Source of the DNA: an uncultured Verrucomicrobiae bacterium
Lineage (GTDB): Bacteria > Verrucomicrobiota > Verrucomicrobiia > Chthoniobacterales > Chthoniobacteraceae
NCBI GenBank assembly: GCA_963769025.1
Contig: CAVYKI010000002.1
Span: forward strand, 288,001-352,000
Length of the DNA: 64,000 bases
Direction of reading: 5' to 3'
A program made the translations under genes and the position numbers. The notes below the pieces were generated by a model. It saw only the letters and a program-made list of their open reading frames with translations, ran no database searches and had not been told where the DNA came from. Shown here piece by piece: positions 49,912 through 60,049 of the stretch (position 1 is its first letter; each line of letters opens with the position of its first letter).

Positions 49912-50240
49912 TTTCCGGGACGAAAATGTGCCATGCAAGTGTGAATCAGGCGAATGCAACAGACTATCGCCCAAGCATTTGCCAGCGAACCGGCTGGTTT
50001 AGAGTTCTCCACCGCCCCCTTCCCGTCCTCCGTCGAACCGCTGTTCCACGGTTCCACAGTCCCAGGCTTTTCGCTCATTTCCCCCGCCCATGCGGCGGCG
50101 TTCACCGAGGAGGGCGGCTTTACGGAGCGGCTGCACCGGATCCGGAGTGAACGGAGAAAGCACGGTGCCCGATGAACCGGACCACGCCTGCGCCACACAG
50201 GCAAGAGGCGCACGACGGCAGGCGGGTCGGCGTGGTGGTT

Positions 50241-50313
50241 TCACGATATTGCAACGCACTGGTTAGAAGTTCCAAAACGCATCTTTGAGAACGAAGGCAT
50301 CTCAACAGTGATA
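50241..50313. promoter_or_regulatory. Putative enhancer (UAS) sites for a sigma-54 activator
   Basis: TCACG-ATAT-TGCAA at 50241-50254, ACGCA-TCTT-TGAGA at 50277-50290, TCTCA-ACAG-TGATA at 50300-50313; same pattern as the sites at 4278-4341. Confidence 0.5.
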
Positions 50314-50381
50314 GCCGGATGGCCCAAGGCGGCGGCGAGAATTGGGCGCGTATATAGGGCTTCGGAGTGGAGCAAGGCATC

Positions 50382-50397
50382 TGGCACGGCATTGGCT
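50382..50397 (+). promoter_or_regulatory. Sigma-54 (-24/-12) promoter candidate for the FN3 and collagen genes
   Basis: TGGCACGGCATTGGCT: GG-N10-GC spacing is exact, one mismatch to TGGCACG-N4-TTGC. Confidence 0.62.
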
Positions 50398-50475
50398 ATA
50401 TGCAGAAAACAGGAACCGGGTGAGTGCCTGGTGCCGTTCAAATACACAATACAAAACCAAGGAGACACCGACCCC

Positions 50476-51183
50476 ATGCCACACTGGAACGATGGAACCC
50501 GTTGGGACAGCGGGGCGCGTTGGGCGCCGGCGGCTCCTGTAAAGAAACCAAAATACACCATGGCAATCATCGTCACAAACACAGCCAAGCTGCCCATCCC
50601 GGAAAAACTCCTGAAGGGGCAGGAAATCATCACCATGAGCACGTCGAATCCAAACGTGCCCGGAAACGCCACGATCCTCGCGGCATTTAGCAATGCACAG
50701 GAAGACCTCGTTGCCGCCAACAACGCCCACATCGCCGCCGTGGGCGCATTGAAAAACCTGATGGACCAGCGCGACGACGCGCTCGCGGTCTGGAACAATG
50801 CGCTGAGCAATCTCGCCTCGTTTACGGAGAGCGCCACGCAGGGCGACGGGACCAAGATCACGAGCGCGGGATTTGGCGTGCGGAAGGGGCGCACGCCCAA
50901 GCCCCCGCTCGAAGCGCCGGTCAACCTGCAGGCAAAGACCAATGGTTCGCCCGGCGTGACCAAGCTGTCTTGGAACCCGCTCATCGGGGCCGTGACTTAC
51001 CTTGTTCAGCAGACCCCGGCGCCCGTGGAGGAACCGGTGTGGACGCAGGTGGCCAGCCCCACAAAGTCCTCCTGCGAGACCAACGGCATCGAACCCGGAA
51101 AGACCTACTGGTATCGCGTCGCCGGAGTGGACGCACAGGGCCAGGGCCCGTGGAGCGACCCCGCGTGCCGCCCTGTGATGTAA
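50476..51183 (+). CDS. Fibronectin type III domain protein with helical N-terminal domain, no signal peptide
   Basis: APVNLQA...LSWNP...YLVQ...[26 protein letters not shown]. Start at 50476 ([16 protein letters not shown]) or 50560 (MAIIVTN). Confidence 0.85.
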   Translation: MPHWNDGTRWDSGARWAPAAPVKKPKYTMAIIVTNTAKLPIPEKLLKGQEIITMSTSNPNVPGNATILAAFSNAQEDLVAANNAHIAAVGALKNLMDQRDDALAVWNNALSNLASFTESATQGDGTKITSAGFGVRKGRTPKPPLEAPVNLQAKTNGSPGVTKLSWNPLIGAVTYLVQQTPAPVEEPVWTQVASPTKSSCETNGIEPGKTYWYRVAGVDAQGQGPWSDPACRPVM

Positions 51184-51197
51184 CACACCCCGCCGCC

Positions 51198-51259
51198 CCC
51201 GCGGCAGGTGGCCGGAAAGGCTGCCTGCTGCGGGCGTAGCGCGGGCTATCCTGCCCGCG
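51198..51259 (+). other. GC-rich hairpin followed by a GTAG REP-like hairpin between the FN3 and collagen genes
   Basis: CCCGCGGCAGGTGGCC-GGAAA-GGCTGCCTGCTGCGGG (16-bp stem with G-U pairs); GTAG-CGCGGGC-TATCCT-GCCCGCG at 51236-51259. Confidence 0.65.
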
Positions 51260-51328
51260 AACGAAGCAAACCAATTCACTAGCATACTGACCAATACCCT
51301 TCGCGGACAGGATGGTCCGCATTCCGCC

Positions 51329-51934
51329 ATGCCCTACAACCCTGCACTCCCACTCGATGGCTCGCTCATGGAAGCGGGCGAGATGCGCTCGCAATTCGGC
51401 GGGCTCAAGACGCTGATAGATAACGTGCCTGCCGGGCCTCCCGGGCCGCAGGGTGTGCCAGGGGCGCAGGGACCGCAGGGCGCGCAGGGGGAGCAAGGAC
51501 CGGAAGGGGCGCAGGGCGAACAGGGGCCGCAAGGTCCGCCTTTTGCCAATGCGGTGGTGGATGGCGTGACGACGCTGAACCCCGGTGAGCCGGCCACGGT
51601 GTCCGCACACCTATATGGAAACGATGTGCGGTTCAGCTTTGGCATCCCGCAGGGCTATCCCGGGCCGGACGGCGTTCCCGGGCCGCAAGGTCCGCAGGGC
51701 GTCGAGGGGCCGCAGGGAGCGCAGGGTCCGCAGGGCCCGGAAGGTCCCCAAGGCCCGCAAGGCCAGATGGGCGATGTGAGCATGCAGCAACTGAACGACG
51801 CCATCGCCACGACGGCGCGCAACCCAAGCGCGGTGGGACCTTTCGCCGGAGGTTTCAGCGACCCGCCGACGCAGGTGGAATTGCAGGCATTTGCCAACTA
51901 TGTGGAGTCGCTGCGCATGGCGCTCCTGCGGTAG
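51329..51934 (+). CDS. Collagen-like (Gly-X-Y) protein, no signal peptide
   Basis: Blocks of 12 and 14 Gly-X-Y triplets separated by a short beta-rich insert; amphipathic C-terminal helix [24 protein letters not shown]. Confidence 0.9.
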   Translation: MPYNPALPLDGSLMEAGEMRSQFGGLKTLIDNVPAGPPGPQGVPGAQGPQGAQGEQGPEGAQGEQGPQGPPFANAVVDGVTTLNPGEPATVSAHLYGNDVRFSFGIPQGYPGPDGVPGPQGPQGVEGPQGAQGPQGPEGPQGPQGQMGDVSMQQLNDAIATTARNPSAVGPFAGGFSDPPTQVELQAFANYVESLRMALLR

Positions 51935-51970
51935 GGAAGGGCGGAAGCCTGGGAGCGTGGAGGACTGCGG

Positions 51971-54616
51971 CTAATGGAAGAGGGCAGTCACCCGGTCCCA
52001 GAAGTCCTGGAGCGAATGGTCCCATAGGAAGGCCAGCAGTGCGCCCAAGCCGATCAGCAAGGCGGCGATCAGCAGATACAGCAGGACGCGCCAGCGGAAG
52101 AGTTTCACGATCACTTGGGTGACCAGGAGGAACAGGAATGAGAGGACAACGATGAGCTTGTCCAGGATGGCGAGTGGCACCCGGAGGAAGAATGCGGCTT
52201 TCGATTCAGCCAATGACTGGCGGAGGATTTTCAGCAGCGTGACGGCAGCGCGCCAACTCCAGGCGATTTTCGTTTCGCATGGAAGGGCCTTCATGCCCTC
52301 CATGCCGAGCAGGTCCTTCCTCGGGGGAGGGCCGCCGGCCACTTCGGGAGGTGTCGAGGGTGGCTTGTTGGTGATGCCCATGCCGAGGCTGCGCATTTCG
52401 AGGGCAATCTCCCTCTGCGCCTCGGCGACCATCGCCCTTTTCTGCTCTTCCGTGCCGGGATGCAATTTGCGGATGAGGATCTCGGCGGTGTCGAGGCGTC
52501 CCCATGTCAGGTCATTGCCGCGCCAGTCCTCGTTCAGGAATCCGCCAAAGTGGGCCAATGTCTCCCCCGCGAGCTTTTCCTGGGCCGACAGGCCGGGCAT
52601 GTAGAGATTGGCATCGGCAGGGCTGATGCGGGAAAAATTGATCTGCTGCGTCTCGGCGTCCAGATCCTCGCCGGACATCAGCGGGTAGATAATCATGTCC
52701 CGGAGATAGAAGGAAATGAGGGCATCCCGCAGGACGAGATAGCCATCCGTGACCTTTGCGAGATATGGATTCTCGGAATCCGCGGTGCTGGCCTCCTTCA
52801 ATTTCTCGGTCAGCTCGTCGGTCGCATTCTTCAGCTTGAGACGCACGGTTTCGCACAACCGGGCGAGAAAGTCGGAACGGCGACGGATGAAGGGGGTGCT
52901 ATACAGATTGCCAAACAGCTCGTCGAGCAGCGCCAGGGGGGATCCTGTGTTGGCCTTTCCCTTTCCGGGGAGATGCTCCGAGACTTCCCGGACCCGCGCC
53001 TCGATCTCCACCAACTCCGCGGTAAACGCGTGGGCTTCCGCCTCCTGTCTGCGGACGAGAAGTTCATCCTGCTCGTAGAGAAAGTCCTTCAATCGGTTGA
53101 GCCGCTCCGTTACGCCGTCGATATAGATTTCCCGAAGGCCCGTCCCGTCGCCGGTGCCCGAAGGGCGCTCGGGGTAGAGGGTGCGAATCACGTGCACCAG
53201 ATACTTGCAAAACCGCCGATGATACCGGAGGTCGAGCGAGCCGACGAGGAGGCACTTGATCTGGTAAACCTTTTCCGCGATCTGATGGTTCGGCTTTGCC
53301 TTGGGATGCGCCCTGCCGGCCGCTTCCTCCATGTCTGTCAGAGTCCTGAAGAACTCGGTGATCACTCCGAAGAATTGTTTGGGAAATTCCCGCTGGAGGC
53401 GCAAATCCAGATAAGCGTCCTCTTGTGCGCGGAAGAGCGCAGTGGGGGGATTCTCGGGCGGAATATATTTGAATTTTGATTGAGCGGCTTCTATCTCATC
53501 CTGCTTCGGTTCCGCCTCCGTGGCTGCGGCCGGCGGCTGCTTTTTGTCTTCCTCAAAGCCTTTCCACGCGCGGAATCGGGCCACCTGCGTCTCATAATAA
53601 CTGAGCGTGCGCTGCAAGTCGCGCACATCCACATTGCGCTGCTCGATGTCCTGGAGTGCCGTGGTGATGCTTTGGTAGCCTGGAAGGCCGAGCAGCGCCT
53701 TCATCACGACTTCGGGTCCCGTATAGGGTTTGGGGTCGATCTGGCAGACGCGTGAGCCGACCTGCTCGGGGTCGGGATCGATGTAGAATAGGAGGCGGTG
53801 CACCTTTTTGTTGGCGCGACGTTTTGCGATGGCGCGGAGGGCGAGGTCGATCGGCTTGTTGTCCAGCACGCCGCCATCGATGTGGTATGCATCGGCCTCG
53901 AGGTTGCGGGCGCGTTCCCCGAGCCCGTCCTTTTTTACCAGCACCGGCTCGAATGCGAGCGGGAAGGATGAACTCGCGCGTGCCGCCTGCGCGAGGAGGC
54001 ACATGTCCTCTTCATTATTGAAATCATTGATCTCGGGCGTGTCGGTTCCCGGTTGCTTCTTGCGATAGCGAAAGTGGAAGACCTGGCGGTGGGTCCTGGT
54101 GGGGATCTCCTCGTTGTCCGGGGTCCTAATGAGGACCCTGTCGCCGTCCACGTTCGTGGAGGTCAGGAACAGTTCCAGCGCGTCCTGCAGCGTCTCATCC
54201 AGCGGTGCCGTCCGCTTCGCCAGCAAAGCCTCGAAAATCACGGCGCGAAACCGATCGCCATCGAGCAGGGACTTCGGGCCGGCCTTCCACACGCCGTAGA
54301 GCAGTTTGTCGATGTCACCCTCGGTGCGCCAGAGGTCCAGGAGCTTCCGCATGTCGCCGCGGTTCACGAGGGCGTTTCCGAGAAATGCCCCGTTCAGCCC
54401 GCCGGCGGATGTCCCGGTGATGATGTCCACCACCACGTCGCCGATCAGGTCTTTCAACTGCGCGTAAACGCCTTCGCCTTTCACGAGCCGGAAGAACTCG
54501 AGTGCGACTCCGCTCTCGTAAACCGCGAGGGCGACCCCGCCGAAAAATGAGAGGGCGATGCGCGTTTCACAAATACTCCCAACGGTGGGAGCGGACTTGG
54601 CGGAGTCGGTGTTCAT
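51971..54616 (-). CDS. Patatin-like phospholipase with DUF3376-like domain and C-terminal TM helices
   Basis: GGVALAVY, GTSAGGLNG, ARASSSFP, DGGVLDN, HFGGF...NDLTWGRLD; hydrophobic C-terminus. Confidence 0.9.
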   Translation of the reverse strand: MNTDSAKSAPTVGSICETRIALSFFGGVALAVYESGVALEFFRLVKGEGVYAQLKDLIGDVVVDIITGTSAGGLNGAFLGNALVNRGDMRKLLDLWRTEGDIDKLLYGVWKAGPKSLLDGDRFRAVIFEALLAKRTAPLDETLQDALELFLTSTNVDGDRVLIRTPDNEEIPTRTHRQVFHFRYRKKQPGTDTPEINDFNNEEDMCLLAQAARASSSFPLAFEPVLVKKDGLGERARNLEADAYHIDGGVLDNKPIDLALRAIAKRRANKKVHRLLFYIDPDPEQVGSRVCQIDPKPYTGPEVVMKALLGLPGYQSITTALQDIEQRNVDVRDLQRTLSYYETQVARFRAWKGFEEDKKQPPAAATEAEPKQDEIEAAQSKFKYIPPENPPTALFRAQEDAYLDLRLQREFPKQFFGVITEFFRTLTDMEEAAGRAHPKAKPNHQIAEKVYQIKCLLVGSLDLRYHRRFCKYLVHVIRTLYPERPSGTGDGTGLREIYIDGVTERLNRLKDFLYEQDELLVRRQEAEAHAFTAELVEIEARVREVSEHLPGKGKANTGSPLALLDELFGNLYSTPFIRRRSDFLARLCETVRLKLKNATDELTEKLKEASTADSENPYLAKVTDGYLVLRDALISFYLRDMIIYPLMSGEDLDAETQQINFSRISPADANLYMPGLSAQEKLAGETLAHFGGFLNEDWRGNDLTWGRLDTAEILIRKLHPGTEEQKRAMVAEAQREIALEMRSLGMGITNKPPSTPPEVAGGPPPRKDLLGMEGMKALPCETKIAWSWRAAVTLLKILRQSLAESKAAFFLRVPLAILDKLIVVLSFLFLLVTQVIVKLFRWRVLLYLLIAALLIGLGALLAFLWDHSLQDFWDRVTALFH

Positions 54617-54794
54617 AAGGTTTTCAGGCTGACGTTCGGACGAATCCTAAGCGTCCACGTATGAACAGGGCCAGTCTATTCGTTCACGTTTGCGAACGTT
54701 TGTCGAAAAAGGCCAGGGGCTCCGGTCGCGATGATTGCCGACACGGAGAAGGTGGCAGCGGCGGGTGGCCGGCTGCGCGGCTATCGGAGCAAGG

Positions 54795-54944
54795 TCACTT
54801 GCCTAACAAAATGAGGACTCCGGCGGCGACGGCGAGGGCGGGGGTGATGAAGTGGAGCTGGCCAAGCGAAATCCCGAAGAGGCCGATGACGCCGACGAGG
54901 ATGAGGTAGATGGCAAGGAGGAGCATTCCGATGTTCTTTTTCAT
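54795..54944 (-). CDS. Small two-TM membrane protein (49 aa)
   Basis: Manual translation MKKNIGMLLLAIYLILVGVIGLFGISLGQLHFITPALAVAAGVLILLGK; below the ORF-track size cut-off; follows the L,D-transpeptidase gene. Confidence 0.8.
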   Translation of the reverse strand: MKKNIGMLLLAIYLILVGVIGLFGISLGQLHFITPALAVAAGVLILLGK

Positions 54945-54977
54945 GTTGGATTGGGGGGCATTTGGTTGCGTGGTTGT

Positions 54978-55508
54978 TCAGCGGCGGACGGTCACTGGGG
55001 TTCCGATTTTGCTCGCTGCGAAAAACTGCCGGGCGCGCAAGGAGGAGAGGCGGACGCAGCCGTGGGAGGCGGGATAGCCGGGGCGATCGCCCTCGTGCAG
55101 GCCGTAGCCGGGCTTGAATTCCAAATAGTAATACATCGGCGCGCCGAGGTAGCGCGAGCCGGGGGGCTTGCGATCCTTTCGCACGTCCACGTTGGCTTTC
55201 ACGATGCGGCCATAGGAATCGACATAGTCGCCGTAGAGGCCGGAGCGGTGATCGATGTCCTTGCGGATGACGCTGAAATTGCCGACGGGCGTGCGGTAGC
55301 CTTCGCGTCCGGTGGAGATGGAGGCCTCGGCGACACGCTCGCGGCCCTGGAGGAGGTAGGCGCGCTGTTCGTGCAGGACGATGAGGATGGAGGTCTTGGC
55401 GCCGCGGACGGGTGTGACCTTTCCTCCGAGCCGGGCGGGAATGACCTCGCATCCGGTGAAGGAGCACACGGCGAGGAGAAGCAGGAGGGACTTGAGGAGC
55501 GAATTCAT
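54978..55508 (-). CDS. L,D-transpeptidase (YkuD family) lipoprotein
   Basis: Lipobox FTG-C; ISTGREGYRTPVG; GYGLHEG...ASHGCVRL; IGTPVTV. Confidence 0.92.
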   Translation of the reverse strand: MNSLLKSLLLLLAVCSFTGCEVIPARLGGKVTPVRGAKTSILIVLHEQRAYLLQGRERVAEASISTGREGYRTPVGNFSVIRKDIDHRSGLYGDYVDSYGRIVKANVDVRKDRKPPGSRYLGAPMYYYLEFKPGYGLHEGDRPGYPASHGCVRLSSLRARQFFAASKIGTPVTVRR

Positions 55509-55685
55509 GAGTGAGTGGTAAAAGGTGGGTGCGTGGCTCGTGCGGTTATCATTTCAGCGCGATGCGCAGTCGAGACTCATCGCGGACGGGTGCTCCCGGC
55601 GCCTCTATTCGTGGCCGCTGGGGAAATGGACGGGAAAATTGCGTGGCGCAGGCTCAGGGATGCGTCGCAGGATGGGGCATTCCCT

Positions 55686-56907
55686 ATGAAATTCTCCCGT
55701 CTCCCCGCCGCAGCCATTCTCTCCGTCGCGATCTCCGTCGCGGTCACCGCCGCCTTTGGCCTGACGCATTCCGCCATTGCCGATGAACCGAAGCTGCCGG
55801 GCGTGGGCGCGACGATGGAGGAGTGAATCGCGAAGCATGAAATCGCGGGTGCGGTGACGATGGTGGTGACGAAGGACAAGGTGCTGCATTTGGAGACCAA
55901 CGGCATGGCCGATGTGGCGGCGAGGCGGCCGATGACGCCGGATACGCTTTGCTGGATCGCCTCGATGACGAAGCCGATCACCGGCACGGCGGTGCTCATC
56001 CTGCAGGACGAGGGGAAGCTGAACGTCGCCGATCCGGTGGCGAAGTATCTTGCCGGAATTTGCGAACCTGAAGACGCCCTCGGGCAAGCCGGCGAATCTC
56101 ACCATCGCGCAGATCCTCACGCACACCTCCGGGCTCGGCGAGGCGGGCGGGCCGGCGGCGAAGGATGCGAAGACGCTGGCGGATCTCGTGCCGCTGTGGC
56201 TCGCGGCGCCGATGCAGTTCGAGCCGGGGACGAAGTGGAAATACTGCCAGAGCGGAATCAACGCCGCGGGACGGATCGTGGAAGTGGTGAGCGGGATGAC
56301 TTTCGACGCGTTTCTGCAGCAGCGGCTTTTCGAGCCGCTGGGGATGAAGGACACGACCTTTTACCCGACCGATGCGCAGCGTGCGCGGCTCGCGACCTCA
56401 TACGCGAAGGACAAGGACACGGGCGCGCTGAAGCCCGTGCCGCCGCGCGATGGCTATGAGGGAACGCGCAACCGTCCGCCGCAGGGCAATGGCGGACTTT
56501 ACTCGACGGCGCCGGACTATGCGCGCTTTTGCCAGATGCTGCTCGGCGGCGGTTCGCGCGAGGGGCGTCGCATCCTGAGCAGCGATGCGATGAAATTCCT
56601 GAGCACTCCGCAGACGGGCGACCTGCCGGTGGGATTTTTCCAAAACGACACCTACGGCCAGCACGGGCAGAAGTACGGATGGGGGCTCGGCACGAGCATC
56701 CTGCGCACGCCGCACGAGGGCGTGGCGGCGATGCTGTCGCCGGGGACCTTCGGCCATGGCGGCGCGTGGGGCACGCAGGCGTGGGTCGATCCGGTGCGCG
56801 GCGTCGCGTATGTGATGATGGTGCAGCGCGCGAATTTCCCGAACAGCGACGCTAGCGAAGTGCGCGGAGCATTCCAGGCCGCCGCGGCGAAGGCGCTCAG
56901 GCGCTAG
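55686..56907 (+). CDS. Serine hydrolase (beta-lactamase class C/esterase family); frameshifts near 55823 and 56050
   Basis: Signal peptide; WIASMTKP (SxxK); LTHTSG; FEPGTKWKY; FGHGGAWGT. Confidence 0.88.
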
Positions 56908-56933
56908 GAGCGGCGCTTTCCAAGTCGCCGCTC
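56908..56933. repeat. Hairpin (REP-like or terminator) immediately after the stop codon
   Basis: GAGCGGCG-CTTTCCAAGT-CGCCGCTC. Confidence 0.55.
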
Positions 56934-57041
56934 GCGGTGTGCTTACTTTCATGCGGGGGTGGCTTTCGACGCCAAGACGGGGCGGGGGAAGTCAACGAAG
57001 CTGCGTCGCATTTCACCGTCCGATCCCGACCATCACCAGAC

Positions 57042-60036
57042 ATGAGAACCCTCGCTGCAATCCTGCTCCTGCCAATCCTCGCCTTCGCGCAGGACAAGCC
57101 TGTTCCGACCGCCGCGCAATACGCGGGCTGGCGGCACTCGGGGGAGCTTGCGATTCTCACCACGCCCGATGGCGCGAATCTGGCGGCTTCGGCGTCGGTG
57201 GAGCAATTCCCGCTGCTGGTCCGGCTTCACAAGGACTGGTTCGATTTCAAGCAGGCGAAGGCGGGCGGCGAGGATGTCCGCTTTTCCAGCAGCACCGGAA
57301 CGCCGCTGCCGTATGAGATCGAGGAGTGGGATGCGGCGACGGGCGCGGCGAGCATCTGGGTGCGCATCCCGCGCATCGAGGGGAATGCGCGGCAGATGAT
57401 CCGCATGCACTGGGGCAAGGCGGACGCAGCGGACGAGTCGGACGGGAAGGCGGTATTCAACGAGTCGAACGGCTACCTGAGCGTGTGGCACATGGGCGAC
57501 GCGGTGCGGGATGAAACGGGGACGATCGAATCGAAGGACACGGGCACGGTGGCGACCGGCGGCGTGATCGGGAAGGCGCGGCACTTCGCGGAGAAGCGGG
57601 GCATCTTCGGTGGCGACAAGATTGCGGGATATCCCGAAGGCGCGGGACAGCACAGCACGGAGGTGTGGTTCCGGGCGGAGAAGCCGAACGCGACAATCAT
57701 CGCCTGGGGCAACGAACACGCGCAGGGCAAGGTGGTGATGCAGTTCCGCAGCCCGCCGCACGTGCAGATGGACTGCTATTTTTCCGGCGGCAATGTGGCC
57801 GGTGTCAGCCGCGTGCCGCTGGGCGAATGGACGCATGCGGTGCACACTTACCGGCAGGGCGAGTCGGTCATCTACGTGAACGGCGATGCCGGACGGAACG
57901 AACACGAAGAGCGGTCCGCCGCTGGCCATCAAAAGTCCGGCGCGACTGTGGATCGGCGGTTGGTACAACAACTACACTTTTGCCGGCGACATCGACGAGG
58001 TGCGCGTGTCGAAAGTGGCGCGCCCTGCGGAGTGGGTGCGGTTGCAATTTGAAAACCAGAAGCCGCTGCAGACGCTGGTCGGTCCGCTCGTGCAGGCGGG
58101 TTCGGTGTTCGCAGTGTCGCCGGCGCAGGCGACGGTGATGGAGGGGGAAAGCGCGACATTCACCGCGCAGGCCGGTGGGGCGCAGAAGCTGGTGTGGTCG
58201 GTCGTGCGCGACGGCGTGGAGACCGTCGCGGCGGTGGACCGGTTCTCGTTTGTGTTCCATGCCGGGCGCGTGACGGGCGACACAGCGGCGACGCTGCGGC
58301 TGAAGGCGGTGACTGCGGAGGGCGTGAAGACGGGCGACATTCCAATCACGGTGAAGGAAGCGATTCCCGATCCGGTGCTAGTCCTGAACGCCCCAGCCAA
58401 GTGGAACGGCCGGGACACGATCGAGGTCGCCCGGGGCATCCGCAATTTCGTCGCGATGAAGGACAAGGGCGCTGGAGAATTGAAGATCGAGTGGAGCGCC
58501 GGACCCTTCGCCGTGATCAAGGAGGCCACACCGGAGAAGCTCATCCTCAAGCGCGCGCAGAACAGCGGCACGCTCACTGTGACTGCGACCGCGAGCAATG
58601 GAGGCAGGCCCGTCACGCAGAGCGTGACCATCGAAGTGACGGAGCCGAAGCGCGACGCGTGGGTGGCGCGCACGCCGGAAAAGGACGAGAAGCCGGAGGA
58701 AGGGCAGTTCTACGCGCGCGACGACAAGAACGAGGGAACGCTCCACTACAACGGCACGCTCGCCGACGCAGCGGACTCCGTTTTCCTGAAACTCTACGCC
58801 GACGGGAAGCTCGTGAGGACGGAGACGGCGAAGCCCGGCGCGGACAAGGCGTATGCGCTGTCCGCGAAACTGAAGCCGGGCCTGATCCACTACAGCGTCG
58901 AGTTTGGCACGAAGACCGGCGGGCGCGAGACGATGCTGGAAACGGTGGGCAATCTCGTCTGCGGCGATGCCTACATCATCGAGGGCCAGTCGAACGCGCT
59001 GGCGACGGATACCCGCGAGCAATCTCCGCCGGAGACCAATGAGTGGATTCGCAGCTACGGACGCCCTTCGCAGAATCCGAAGGACAACGAAGGCAACCTC
59101 TGGTGCAACCCGGTCTGGAAAGCGCAGAAGGGCGAGAAGGCGGAGCTGGGCTGGTGGGGCATGGAACTGGCGAAGCGGCTGCTCGAAAGCCAGAAGATGC
59201 CGATCTTCATCATCAACGCCGCGGTCGGCGGAACGCGCATCGACCAGCACCAGCGCAACGCCGGCGACCCGGCGGACCTCACGACGATTTACGGACGGAT
59301 GCTGTGGCGCGTACAACACGCGAAGCTGACCCATGGCATCCGCGGAATCCTGTGGCACCAGGGCGAGAGCGATCAGGGCGCGGACGGACCGACGGGCGGC
59401 TACGGATGGGAGACTTACCAGCCGCTCTTCGTGGAGATGGCGGCTGGCTGGAAGCAGGACTTCCCGAACGTGCAGCAGTACTACGTTTTCCAAATCTGGC
59501 CGAACGCGTGCAGCATGGGCGGACGCGACGGCTCCGGCGACAGGCTGCGCGAGAAACTGCGGACACTGCCGCAGCTTTTTTCCAACATGAGCATCATGTC
59601 CACGCTCGGCATCCGGCCGCCTGGCGGCTGCCATTTTCCGCTGGTGGGCTGGGCGGAATTTGCGCGCCTGATCCAGCCGCTCATCGAGCGGGACCACTAC
59701 GGCAAAGTGCCTGCCGGCTCGATCACGCCGCCCAATCTCCGTCGCGCCTCCTATGCGGCGAAAGACACGATCGAACTGGAATTTGATCAGCCCGTGGTCT
59801 GGACGGATGCGCTGGCGGGCCGGTTTTACCTCGATGGCGAAAAGGACCAAGTCGCCTCGGGCAGCGTCTCTGGAAATGTGCTCACGCTCAAACTGAAGGA
59901 GGCGTCCGCGGCAAAGACGATCACCTATCTCAAGGAGGTCGCGTGGAATCAGGACACGTTGCTCAACGGCGTGAACGGCATCGCCGCGCTGACCTTTTGC
60001 GAGGTGCCGATTCTGCCCGCACGGGTGCCGCGCTGA
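57042..60036 (+). CDS. Secreted DUF2341 + LamG + SASA-esterase multidomain protein; frameshift near 57886
   Basis: GEDVRFS...LPYEIEEWD...IWVRIP (DUF2341-like); WTHAVHTY...GDIDEVRVS (LamG); GDAYIIEGQSNA and ILWHQGESD (SASA). Confidence 0.82.
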
Positions 60037-60049
60037 AACCCGGCAAAGA

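Noticed and set aside
49954..50175. 73-aa plus-strand ORF between the array and the promoter
   Set aside because: No recognisable motif and atypical codon use; cannot be supported, though not excluded.
46531..51934. Diversity-generating retroelement suggested by the Avd-like fold
   Set aside because: No reverse transcriptase and no TR/VR pair differing at adenines was seen in the window.
50476..51934. Prophage tail-fibre remnant
   Set aside because: No other phage genes, integrase or att-like repeats were seen.
54630..54700. GTTC/GAAC palindromes upstream of patatin as a LexA box
   Set aside because: Matches to TGTTC-N4-GAACA have three or more mismatches or the wrong spacing.
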